From contig CM059432.1 in NCBI GenBank assembly GCA_030390025.1, positions 67,892,001 through 67,956,000 on the forward strand: a stretch of DNA of 64,000 nucleotides, given 5' to 3'. The notes beneath the pieces are model-generated. The model had not been told where the DNA came from and did not search any database. It saw only the letters and a program-made list of their open reading frames with translations. Positions 10,692 to 21,849 of this stretch are shown here, one piece after another (position 1 is the first letter of the stretch; the number at the start of each line of letters is the position of its first letter). Position numbers and translations under genes: made by a program. The stretch comes from Squalus acanthias. Lineage: Eukaryota.

Positions 10692-10844
10692 AGTAATAAG
10701 TTTAAGTTTAGGATAAGTTTCTAGGTTTATAGTTTAAGGTTAAGAATAAGTTTATAGTTTTAGAAAAGGTTATAAGTTTATAGTTTTAGATAAGGTTATA
10801 AGTTTATAGTTTTAAATAAGGTTAAGTTTGTAGTTTAATTTTAA
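10692..10844. repeat. AT-rich, almost C-free tandem repeat (26-bp period)
   Basis: ATAAGTTTATAGTTTTAGAWAAGGTT-like units start at 10746, 10772 and 10798; only one C in ~150 nt. Confidence 0.85.
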
Positions 10845-11017
10845 CAGAAAATGGCAAAATGATGGGAGCTTTAGAGATAGGTCTAGTTAAAGTTTATTTA
10901 GTGAACATTGAAGTTTACGTGAGGCGAGGTCAGGGGACCCGCTCACCCTTCACAAAAGCCAGAGACTCTTGCGAGGCTGGCTACCTCATTCTATCTGATC
11001 ACAGGAACCAAGGAAGG

Positions 11018-13369
11018 ATGGAACGAATTCTAGTATTGCTCGCGGCAATCGGATGTGGATTGGCCTATCGAGGCCGCACCAAGGATGTCGTGGTGTTTGG
11101 ATGCTCCGGGGACACGGCCCCCATCGCGGTGGATGGGACCGGAAGACGGGAGGCTGAGGAGACCACCACCTATTTCCACAAGGGAAGGTGGCCAGGATGG
11201 CTGGGAACAAACTCAACGGAGTATTCTAGCACATCGGGGTTTGCCTACCAAGAGACTTCTTTAATGTGCCCCAAAGTAAGGATCATCGCACCCAGGATCA
11301 GCGTCACCGTCGGCAAACGGATTTGTTTGACTTGTAATGGGAATGTCCCATTGAGCCGATGGTGGTGGCTGCGAAAGCTGAGCAAAAACATGAGGAACTC
11401 TTCGGTCGAGTGGGAACGACTGGGTAATAATACCCATCGGACAATTACGGGGACAAACGGACAAGTGAGAGTCTGTTGGGACAAATGGTGGGAACCGGAT
11501 GAGGGAATTTATGTATGCATGTGGGGGTCAAAGTACGCTTGCCCCAAAGGCATCTCCATATTTTTCATTAATCAATGGCAGGATAACGGACAGGGGATGA
11601 GGTGGGATGCGAGCACCAGGGGGTGCGGAGCCCCATACTCTTCGATCCCGGTAAATGCCACTGAGCTCATTACGCGCCCACGCAAAGCCCCGCCCACGAT
11701 TCCGGTGGTTCTAGCTAAAGAGGAAGGGTGCCCTAAAACTAGTAAGGGACCCGGGAATGGTTTGGTACTGGTCCCCACAGACCAGATACTATTTCAGGGG
11801 GTACATTACGCGGTGGCCTCGGTGATTTTAAATCTCACCGAGGTGCGGTTACCAGAGTGGTGCCCCAAAAAGACGGAACAGTTATATCAGGTCCTGTTGA
11901 CCAAGATGTTCAGACAATTTTACGAATTCGATTTTGCGGAAATTGATAAAACAAGTTTGTACACCGCACCACATGAAGTTTCTGATCAGGTGGGGAGGCA
12001 AAGAAGGGGTGTAGTGAACGACGCGTTCACTGCTTTTAACACGGGTACATCTGTGGTCAACGCTCTAGACAGCGTGGAGCTGCAGACCCAGATTAATGGT
12101 TTAAAGACGCAATTAAAAGACATTCTAACAGATGAAAATAAAGTGGTTGGGTCGGGTTTACACGAGGACCAAGCAATAACTCTCCATTTAAAGGAAATTA
12201 TAGCAGAGTTAGAGAAACATGCAAAGACGGTAAATGCCCTGATTAGGGAAGATCGGAATGCATCCGATCAAGCTGCGCAGAATGAGGTGTGCGTGCTTTA
12301 CGGGGCGTGGTTACTGGGCGAGGGCCGCAGTAATTTGGAGGATTTAAAACAAGGTTTGGTCCCGTCCTGGATAAGTAACAAACACCTGCGGGCGCTCCAC
12401 CCTTTTCAGAACGCATTAAGCCCGTGCCAGCTCAGGCTAGCTTCAGAAGCATACCCAGTCCCCGTGGACTGCGGACGATCAAACCATACTATCATGGGTA
12501 TAGTATTACGTATGCCGGTTTTGGGCGACACAGCAAAGCCCGCCCCGGTGTATCGGGTAGAGAACATTGGTGTCATTCAGGGGGGAGCCCACATTCGCTA
12601 TGCAGCGGTTCCACCCTACGTCATCCGCTGGGAGCAAACGATGACAGGTACAGATCTCTCTGGTTGTCGTGGCAGGGGAGCACACATAATACTGTGACCC
12701 CAGCACTTGAATGCCTTTTTAACACCACAGTGCGGGTTCAGAACGGCTGGCGCCAAGTCCATGAATTGCACCATGGAGGCAATGGCACAAGATCATGTGC
12801 CTCCGCAGGTAGCATACATCGGGGGTGGAACATATTGTGTTACCACTGCAGCGCAACACTACCAGCATGGAAACCGTAGCCGGTGTCCGGTGAGTGACAG
12901 CAGTTTCTGTTTCAAACCCAGGGCGGAAGTTCAAGTAGCACAACAGCGAATTGTCCCAATCCCTGAACCATCCACGGTTCATCTCACCGTAAAAGAGAAT
13001 TTCACCGACTTGCAGCGATTCGTCGCGCATTTCGGATACCTCATTCCCCCTCTCCCTGAACACCTCACCAAGCTTTTGAAAGCCGTCGCGGTGTCACAGA
13101 AACATTTTTACACACTCGAGCAGAAAACTGTCGAAATAGGGACAGACATTCTGGATATAGTAATTCCACCGTGGTGGAATCTGTTCACCAATATTGAAGT
13201 ACCTTCATGGATCAGAATAGCCTCCCACATTTTAGTCGTATGCCAAGTTTTTATTGTAGTGTACCTATTGGTCGTACATTGTAAGAGAGGCAAACGCCTC
13301 ACCAAGCATGAAAACACGGGAGAGTGGCGAGAACGTTATGTGCACGTGCACAACGAAAGCACCGTGTAA
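11018..13369 (+). CDS. env: Envelope glycoprotein, class I F-like fusion protein with N-terminal Ig-like domain (783 codons; one in-frame TGA at 12695-12697)
   Basis: Signal peptide MERILVLLAAIGCGLA; Ig motifs; furin site RQRR 11996-12007 followed by a fusion-peptide-like segment and heptad repeat; Cys-rich F1-like core; many N-x-S/T sequons; TM segment ~13210-13280; short tail. ORFs 10859-12697 and 12707-13369 are in the same frame. Confidence 0.88.
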
Positions 13370-13806
13370 TCGGAAAATGGCGTCACTCCCGCTTGCCACG
13401 TGCGCCGCGGAAGTTTGTACTCGATCATGATTTTCAAAGACTGTAAATACGTTTGGAACTCGACATGTTTTAAGAGTTGGTGTTGATTATTTTGGTGATG
13501 GTGTTGTAGTTAAAAATGATTGTTTGGTTTTGGTTTTGTTTTCCTTTCCCTAAATAAAAAGATGAATATACAGGTGATATGAAAGGCATCGGCCTGGTTA
13601 CGCCGGGAAGGAAAACAAGTGGTGTAAGTTTAAAGGCAAATGATGCCTACGGTGATATAAAGTGTAATTTTCTTGGGAAATAAGGACGACGCAAAGACCC
13701 TAGATAGTTTAAGTTATGGGTTTAAATTTTCTGGATTCGGAGAAAATCGAGATAATATTGCTCACCACTATTTTTTGATACGATAAGCGGAGTTATTCGC
13801 ATCAAC

Positions 13807-13814
13807 AAGAGGGA
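13807..13814 (+). other. Short polypurine tract
   Basis: AAGAGGGA immediately upstream (1-nt gap) of the 3' LTR start TGTAG at 13816. Confidence 0.6.
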
Positions 13815-13815
13815 C

Positions 13816-15439
13816 TGTAGAATTCGCAATATATCGCGATTTTATTAATAAGGAGAAAAACACAGAGTTTCGTTCAAACAGCTTTTATTCCAGCAGAATG
13901 CTGTCAGGTTTTCAAAGTGGACACAAGCAGCTTGTAAAATGGCCGCCGCACCTCGTGACAGAACATTCTAGACTTTTCGACAGGCAGACAAGATGGCGTA
14001 CCAATAAACATTTGTGCAAGATCGATTAAGACTCAGCACATTTAAGATAATACACGAGACATCATGGGTTTACAGTATACACATAAATACTGAAATCGGT
14101 CTCCCAGGTGCGAATAAGAGCTATTGTACCAAGTAATCAAGAACCCATCCAAAGACATTAATATGTAAAATCCCAACGACTCTACGATGAGAGAGCCGTT
14201 AGCGGGTAGTTACAGAAAACACTTGGAAGCCCCAAAACCCCTCCAGGGAGAACACCGACCGATTAAACAATGGGAGAAATATTAACAGGTACTCAGACAG
14301 TTACGAGTAGCCCCGAAACCCATTAAAACGAAGATCACCCTATACAAGACATTTGAGCGCCAAACCCTAACAAAAGAAAAGACATTAAGGTTGGGCGGGA
14401 AACGGAAGATTTTGCACTATAATTGCAAGCTCCAAACCGTCCATCTCTCTCTTATTCTTGGCTCTTGACTCTTGACTCTTATCCTCGTGGCTGCCCTTGA
14501 CTCGCCGTCTTGTTCCTGTTTGATGAACTGGGCTCTGAAGCCTTGAAGCGGGCGCACCATCCCGATAAGTCGGTAAACGGTGTTGGAACCGAAGGCCCGA
14601 GATGAGATGAGATGAGATGAGATGAGATGAAAAGAGAAGAAGACCATACTTATCGCCACGGTCAGTAAGCTCCGACCGCGCCTGTAGGTCGAATAGACAT
14701 TTTCCTTGCCAGGAAGACTTCTTCGAGTTTTACAGAACTGCCAGGAAGATTATTCTTCGAATTCTATCGCATCCGTGCGAGGGCACAGGAAGACTCTTTT
14801 TTGAGTAGAGTCGGAACTCCGAGGACAACACAGATCTTCATGACAGCAGACGTTCCAGCCTGCTAGCCGGAGCAGAAACGAGTAAACAAGTGGGGCCAGG
14901 AGACCCCCTGATCGACACGTGGGCGCTGCGGTGAAAAACATCCGATCAGAGTTTTCGGAATTCTCCGAGTTATCACGAGTGGTGAGCATGAGTCTCGAAT
15001 CCTACGAATCTAGCTTAGGACAGATATTGATAGGGGAGGGTTTTAAGTATTAAGGATAATTGTAATGTGTGCCCCCATTTACGATGTGTCGTTCGTTCCT
15101 CGTTTCCCTGAAATTAATTACATAACTGCGTGTAAGATTGTACTGTCATTAATCTGTGCTTATGACATGTATTTCGTAATCTTAAATATTATGCAATAAA
15201 GATTTTCCATTTCGTACCATTCAACCGAGTCTACCTGAGTTTCATCTCCATTACTGCTCTCGCATCTAAGTCCAGTGTCTAGAACCGTAAGGGCGAGTGG
15301 GTCGAACCACTCACAGGTGTGTCTAGTGCTCCCAGACTGGCTGGAGACCAGAACAGGCAACAAGGCCTAAACCCGCACTAGCACCCGGGCTGCACAGAGC
15401 CACACGAATCTCACAGGCTGAGAGACAAAAACCCTTACA
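13816..15439 (+). repeat. 3' LTR (1624 bp)
   Basis: Direct repeat of 6113-7737; ends CCCTTACA, followed by TSD CAAC. Confidence 0.97.
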
Positions 15440-15546
15440 CAACCATGTCTCTGTAATGGCTATTAGATCAAACCCATTTATCTCTATTTGTGCCACTAGT
15501 TCGTCTATCTTGTTACGAATGCTTCGTGCATTTAGATAAAGTTCTG
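15440..15546 (-). mobile_element. Continuation of the interrupted CR1 (endonuclease N-terminus)
   Basis: Minus translation LYLNARSIRNKIDELVAQIEINGFDLIAITETWL joins QGWELNVPGY on the other side of the LTR element. Confidence 0.9.
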
Positions 15547-16967
15547 AGACTGAGCCCGTGAGACTCTCCAGCCAAGGGAAACATCCTCCCTGCATCTACC
15601 CTGTCAAGCCCTGTAAGAATTTTGAATGTTTCAATGAGATCACCTCTCATTCTTCGAAACTCTAGAGAATATAGGCCTAGTCTACTCAATCTCTCCTCAT
15701 GGGACAATTCCCCCATCCCAGGAATCAGTCTGGTGAACCTTTGTTGCACTCTCTCTATGGCAATTATATCCTTCCTTAGGTAAGGAGACCAAAACTGTAC
15801 ACAATGCTGCAGGTGTCATCTCACCAAGGCCCTATATAATTGCAGTAAGATGTCTTTACTCTTATACTCAAAACTTTTTGTAATAAAGGCCAACATACCA
15901 TTTGCTTTCCTAATTGCTTGCTGTACCTGCATATTAACTTTCAGCGATTCATGTACAAGGACACCCAGCTCCCTCTGAACACCAACATTTCCCAATCTCT
16001 CACCATTTAAAAAATACTCTGATTTTCTATTTTTTCTACCAAAGTGGATAACTTCACATTTCTCCACATTATATTGCTATTGCCATGTTCTTGCTCACTC
16101 GCTTAACCTGTCTATATCCCCTTGCAGCCTCTTTACATTCTCCTCACAACTTACATTCCCACCTAGCTTTGTATCTTCAGCAAACTTGGATATATTACAT
16201 TTGGTCCCCTCATCTACATCATTGATATAGATTGTAAATAGCTGAGGCCCAAGCACTGATCCTTGTGGTACCCCACTCGTTGCAGCCTGCCAACCCGAAA
16301 ATATTCCTACTCTCTGTTTTCTGTCTGTTAATCAATCTTCAATCCATGTTAATACATTACCCCCAATTCCATGAGCCCTAATTTTGTTTAATAACCTCTT
16401 GTGTGGCACCTTATCGAATGCCTTCTGAAAATCCAAATACACCACATCCACTGGCTCCCCCTTATCTATCCTGCTAGTTACAACCTTAAAAAACTCTAAC
16501 AGAGTTGTCAAACATGATTTCCCTTTCATAAATCCGTGTCGACTCTGCCCAATCCTATTATTACTTTCTAAGTGCCCTGTTACCATGTCCTTTATAATAG
16601 ATTCTAGCATTTTCCCTACTACTGACGTTAGGCTATCTGGTCTATAGTTCCCCGTTTTCTCTCTCCCTCTCTTAAATAGTGGGATTACATTTGCTACCTC
16701 CCAATCCGCGGGAACCGTTCCAGAATCTATGGAATTTTGGAAGATGACAACCAATGCATCCATTATCTCTATAGCCAACTCTTTTAAAACCCTAGGATGT
16801 AGACCATCACATCCAGGGGATTTATCGCCTTTCAGTCTCATTAATTTCTCCAGTACTATTTCCTTACTAGTACTAATTTCTTTCAGTTCCTCATTCTCAC
16901 TAGACCCTCGGTTCTCTACTATTTCCAGAATATTTTTTACGTCTTCTGCCGTGAAGACAGACACAAT
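15547..16967 (-). mobile_element. CR1 LINE RT fragment
   Basis: ORFs 16332-16964, 15816-16067 and 15513-15749 carry CR1 RT motifs. Confidence 0.9.
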
Positions 16968-16969
16968 TT

Positions 16970-17183
16970 GGGCTGGATTTTTACCAGCCCTAAGGAGGTG
17001 GGTTTCGAGGCAGGACTACTGGGAAAATGGGAAAAATTGGGAGCGGGTCCCAACCCCGCTCCCAACCCGCCTCCGAACTATCTTCCCGGGAGGCAGAGGA
17101 CCCAATTAACTGCCTGTTATCAGGTAGTTAACAGGCAGTTAAGTGGCTTTTCACCATTTTACGCCTGCTGAAGCGGGCTTCCC
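16970..17183. mobile_element. Terminal fragment of the Harbinger-type MITE family
   Basis: Begins GGGCTGGATTTTTACCAGCCC; colinear with 214-450. Confidence 0.65.
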
Positions 17184-17688
17184 TTGGAGGCGGTGCAACG
17201 AAGGTTCACTAGATTGATTCCTGGGGTGAGAGGGCTGTCCTCTGATGATAGATTGTGTAGAATGGGCCTATACTGTCTGGAGTTTAGAATAATGAGAGCT
17301 GTTCTCATTGAAACATACAAGATTCTGAAGGAGATTGACAGGGTAGTTGCTGAGAGGTTATTTCCCCTGGCTGGAGTGTCTAGAACTAGGGGGCATAGTC
17401 TCAGGATAAGGGGTAGGCCATTTAAGACTGAGATGAGGAGGAATTTCTTCATTCAGAGGGTTGTGAATCTTTGGAATTCCCTGTCCCAGAGGGCTGTGCA
17501 AGCTGAGTCTTTGAGTATATTCAAGGATGAGATAGATACATTTTTGAACTCTAGGGGAATCAAGGGATATGGAGATCGAGCGGGAAAGTGGAGTTGAGGT
17601 CGATGATCAGCCATGATCTTATTGAATGGTGGACCAGGCTCGAGGGGCCGTATGGCCTACTCCTGCTCCTATTTCTTATGTTCTTATG
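17184..17688 (+). mobile_element. CR1 LINE 3' fragment
   Basis: ORF 17184-17597 is the CR1 C-terminus; tail CTTATGTTCTTATG. Confidence 0.9.
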
Positions 17689-17689
17689 A

Positions 17690-20610
17690 TAGTGTCCTTA
17701 CAGGAGATGGGTTTGGAAGAAGTATACTTGTGAGAGTCAGTGGGCTTGTATAGATGTCAGTAGAAAGCCCAGCACCAGAGATAGAACAAAGTCCTTCAAG
17801 GGAAGGGAAGGGTCAGAGCTAGACCATGTAAAGGTGAAGAATGGATGGAAATTGGAAGTATAGCTAATGAAATTCTCGACATCAGAATGAGAGCAGGAAG
17901 CGGCACCAACATAATCAATAGAGGAAGAGGTCGGGGGGTAGTGGGGGAATGCCTTAATAGGATTGGAACAAAGAATTTTCCACGTATCCTACAAAAAGAG
18001 CATATCTTGGGCTCATGTGGGTTTCCATAGCAAAACCTTTTATCTGAGGGAAATGAATGGCGTTAAAAGATAAGTTGCTCATGATGAGAACAAGTTCAGC
18101 TAGGAAAAGGAGGATGGTGGTGGACAGGGACTGGTTGGTCCACTGCTGAAGGAAGTTGACAAATTTTGTCTGTCCTGCTAAGAGAGACTGAATATCCATG
18201 TTAATGAGGAGATAATTGGGGCTGGACAATCTGAGATTGTTAAAGTGGCAGAAAGCATCAGAAATGTTATGGATATAGATGGATAGGAACTGAATAAAGC
18301 AGTAATGATTGAGCCTAGACAAAAGAAATTTAGATTGGTGGAACAGGAATAGGCTAAAATAATCAATCTGCTGGGACAGTCCTATTTGTGTTTCCTAGGA
18401 TGGAGCTATAAATGAGCTGTACGGTGCTGGGGAACAATTGGACTTGAGGTTGTTGCAGAAAAATAACTGGACGAAGTGAGATTAGTAACAATCTGGAAAA
18501 TTATGCTTGGGGTTCAATAGTAGGATTGTGGTCTCGAGGGAGATACGGAGTCATCATAAAATTAACACTCAGCCTTAGACAGGTAGAGGTTCGGCTGAAA
18601 TACAACAACAGCACTTCATTTTCAGCGGGTTTAATGATGATGTCAGGGTTGAAGCTGAGATAGCAGAGAGGAACAAGTTCAGAATGGGGGGGTAGAAAAA
18701 ATGAGACAGCTGATATCACAGCCGCAGTTCTCAATGAAAATGTCAAGGGACCAAAGGGTGTAAGGATAAACCCAGCAACTACAGGCCAGTCAGTTTAACC
18801 TCGGTAGTGGGGAAGCTTTTAGAAACGATAATCAGGGACAAAGTTAACAGTCATTTGGACAAGTGTGGATTAATTAAGGAAATCCAGCATGGATTTGTTA
18901 AAGGCAAATCGTGTTTAACTACCTTGATTGAGTTTTTTGATGAGGTAACAGAGAGGGTTGATGAGGGCAATACGGTTGATGTAGTGTATATGGATTTTCA
19001 AAAGGCATTATAAAGTGCCACATAATAGGCTTGCCAGCAAAGTTGAAGCCCATGAAGTAAAAGGGACAGTGGCAGCATGGATATGAAATTGGCTAAGTGA
19101 CAGGAAACAGAGAGTAGTGGTGAACGGTTGTTTTTCGGACTGGATGAAGGTATGCAGTGGTGTTCCCCAGGGATCGGTACTAGGACCACTGCTTTACTTG
19201 ATATATATTAATGACTTGTACTTGGGAGTACAGGATACAATTTCAAAATTTGCAGATGACACAAAACTTGGAAGTATAGTGAACAGTGAGGAGGATAGTG
19301 ATAGACTTCAAGAAGACAGACAGGCTAGTGAAATGGGCAGACACATTGCAGATGAAATTTAAAGCAGAAAAGTGCGAAGTGATACATTTTGGTAGGAAGA
19401 ATGAGGAGAGGCAATATAAACTAAAGGGTACAATCCTAAAGGAGGCGCAAGAACAGAGAGACCTGGGGGTACATGTGCGCAAATCATTGAAGGTGGCAGG
19501 GCAGGCTGAGAAAGCGGTTAAAAAAGCATACGGGATACTGGGCTTCATAAATAGAGGCATAGAGTACAAAAGCAAGGAAGTTATGATGAAACTTTATAAA
19601 ACACTGGTTCGGTCTCAACTGGAGTATTGTGTCCAATTCTGGGCACCACACTTTAGGAGGGATGTGAAGGCCTTAGAGAGGGTGCAGAAAAGATTTATGA
19701 GAATGATTCCAGGGATGAGGGACTGCAGTTGCGTGGATAGATTAGAGAAGCTGGAGCAGAGAAGGTTGAGAGGAGATTTGATAGAGATATTCAAAATCAT
19801 GAGGGGTCTAGACAGAGTAGATAGAGAGAAACTGTTCCCATTGGTGGAAGGGTCGAGAACTAGAGGACACAGATTTAAAGTGATTGGCAAAAGAACCAAA
19901 GGCGACATGAGGGAAATCTTTTTTATGCAGCGAGTGGTTAGGATCTGGAATGCACTGCCTGAAAGGGTGGTGGAGGCAGACTCAATCGTGGCTTTCAAAA
20001 GGGAATTGGATAAGTATCTGAAGGAAAAAAATTCGCAGGGCTATGGGGAAAGGGTAGGGGAGTGGGACTAGCTGAAGTGCTCTTGCAGAGAGCCGGCACG
20101 GGCTCGACGGGCCGAATGGCCTCCTTCTGTGCTGTAACCATTCTATGATTCTAGGTGAGACAGGAGACAGAAGAAGGGGTCGAATTACGGAGAGAGGGGA
20201 CCAAAAAAGAAGTCCTGGAAGTAGAGGTAATAGAAGATGGGCTTAGCATCATGTCGAATTCCAAAAACGTTCAAGTGGGGACATAAGATGAAGAAACTCA
20301 AGCCTTTGCTCAGGACAGATTATTCAGGGTCAGAAAGGGACCGTCAGAGGGATGGTGGAAATCCAGCAAGAAATAAGATTAGGGGGTGGAACAGCATCCA
20401 AACTGTGCATGAACTTCTGGTTCTTAACATTTGCAAGGAAGAAAATGCAGACAGCATCGGCTCAATCTTTACAGTAGCTATCCTGGTCCTCAATTCCACA
20501 ACATCCTTCATCTCATTTACTTTAATAAAGAAAACTTTTCTTCTCCTTCTCTCCATGTGGGGGAGCACCTGAGCAATAATAATCATTCAATCATCAGATT
20601 TCAGTTGGTT
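17690..20610 (-). mobile_element. Degenerate Penelope-like element RT remnant, split by the CR1 at 18760-20153
   Basis: Minus-strand MDIQSL, QIKGFAMETHMSPRYALFVGYVE and DIIIKPA resemble the Penelope RT motifs MDV.SLY, Q..GVAMGT.MGP.YA.LF and IKPADKG. Boundaries approximate. Confidence 0.55.
18760..20153 (+). mobile_element. 5'-truncated CR1 LINE (ATTCTATG-tail subfamily)
   Basis: QHGF, YMDFQKA, GVPQGSVLGP, KFADDTK, ORF 19286-20071; tail TTCTATGATTCTA. Confidence 0.92.
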
Positions 20611-21849
20611 CCGGTTGGTTTACTGTTGCAGATAATTTAATGTTAGCACGAGACTTTAGGAGGGCTCACTTTTCAAATATGAGGGAAGATTTGGGGGGTG
20701 AAATTGGATTAGGCCTGAAAATGGGTGCAGGGATCGCAATGTGCGATCTGCCCACGCCTGTTGAAAGTGGTGCAGGTAGCATGCAAAATTCGTGCTGCCT
20801 GCTCATTATAATGATTGGAGCGCCGAGCTCAGCACTAAACGCGCTGCTGGTTGGCTCAGCACTCAACAGGGGACCAATATCAGGTGCCGTCTCCTGGCCA
20901 ATAAAATTTTGCCAAGGCTCTCTGCACTTCTTAAAGAGGAGGTACTTTGTTGCAGAAGCACCTCATTGTCACTGTCACTGTAGCAGCAGCAATGTTGCAA
21001 CAGGGAAGAGAAAGGGCACCTCGCTTCTCAGATGCAGCACTGAGGCCTTGGCCCAAGGGGCATACAGAAAAAGACAGGTCCTCTACCCACAGGGGGACAG
21101 CAGGCTTTCCAGGCAGCACACTAGAAGGCAGTGGAGAGAGATAACACAAACCGTCAGTGTCACCAGTGTTGCCCCCAGGACCTGGATCCAGTGCCGCAAG
21201 AAGTTTAATGGCCTCACACGAGTGGTCAAGGTGAGTGAATGAAACTTCAAATGCCATATCCCACCAACTGCACCACTAGCCTCATACACTGCTCAATGTA
21301 CCACACCCCCAGCATTACCTACCAACAATCACTAGCAATCACAACTCACACCTCACAATCATAGTTTCACCTCACCCTCACACACTTACCCCTGCTGCAA
21401 GCCTCACATGCACATCTCACACCTTGCACACAATGTCAGCTATTCAAGCATGACAGGCACATCACCCAAACACATTGTACCACACACACCAACACATATC
21501 CCTTTCTCTTGCAGGCCAAGGTGGCTCACAATAGGTGTGAGCAGCAGCAGATAGGTGGGGGTGAAGCATGTCTACACAACCATACTGCGCTGGAGGAGAC
21601 TGTGCTGGAGATAATTAGAGGGGCCGTCCCTGAGGCCGTGGCGAGCGGCGAGGTTGAAAGCATTGATGATGATGTTATGCTCATACCTAATCCATCTTCT
21701 CACATCCCACTTCCCCCCCAATCTCACAATCTCTTCTCAATGACATGCTGCCAATGGTGTAAGCATGTACATCTCGCTTTCCCCCCCTCTCCTCACCACA
21801 ACCCGACCCTTGTGCCTTTTTCCTTTTAGATACCCAAGAACTGCCAGCA

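Larger units (their letters stand above)
6113..15439 (+). mobile_element. Young endogenous retrovirus-like LTR element: LTR-PBS-gag-(readthrough ORF)-env-PPT-LTR, lacking pol; lokiretrovirus-like env
   Basis: Two near-identical TGTA...TACA LTRs; TSD CAAC (6109-6112, 15440-15443); PBS; short PPT; Gag and Env motifs. The CR1 endonuclease reading (ITETWL|QGWELN) is split exactly at the insertion. Confidence 0.95.

Noticed and set aside
10859..11017. Longer env N-terminus starting at ATG 10859
   Set aside because: A typical signal peptide starts at ATG 11018 just after an acceptor-like AG, so I treat the upstream 53 codons as probably untranslated, though a long leader peptide is not excluded.
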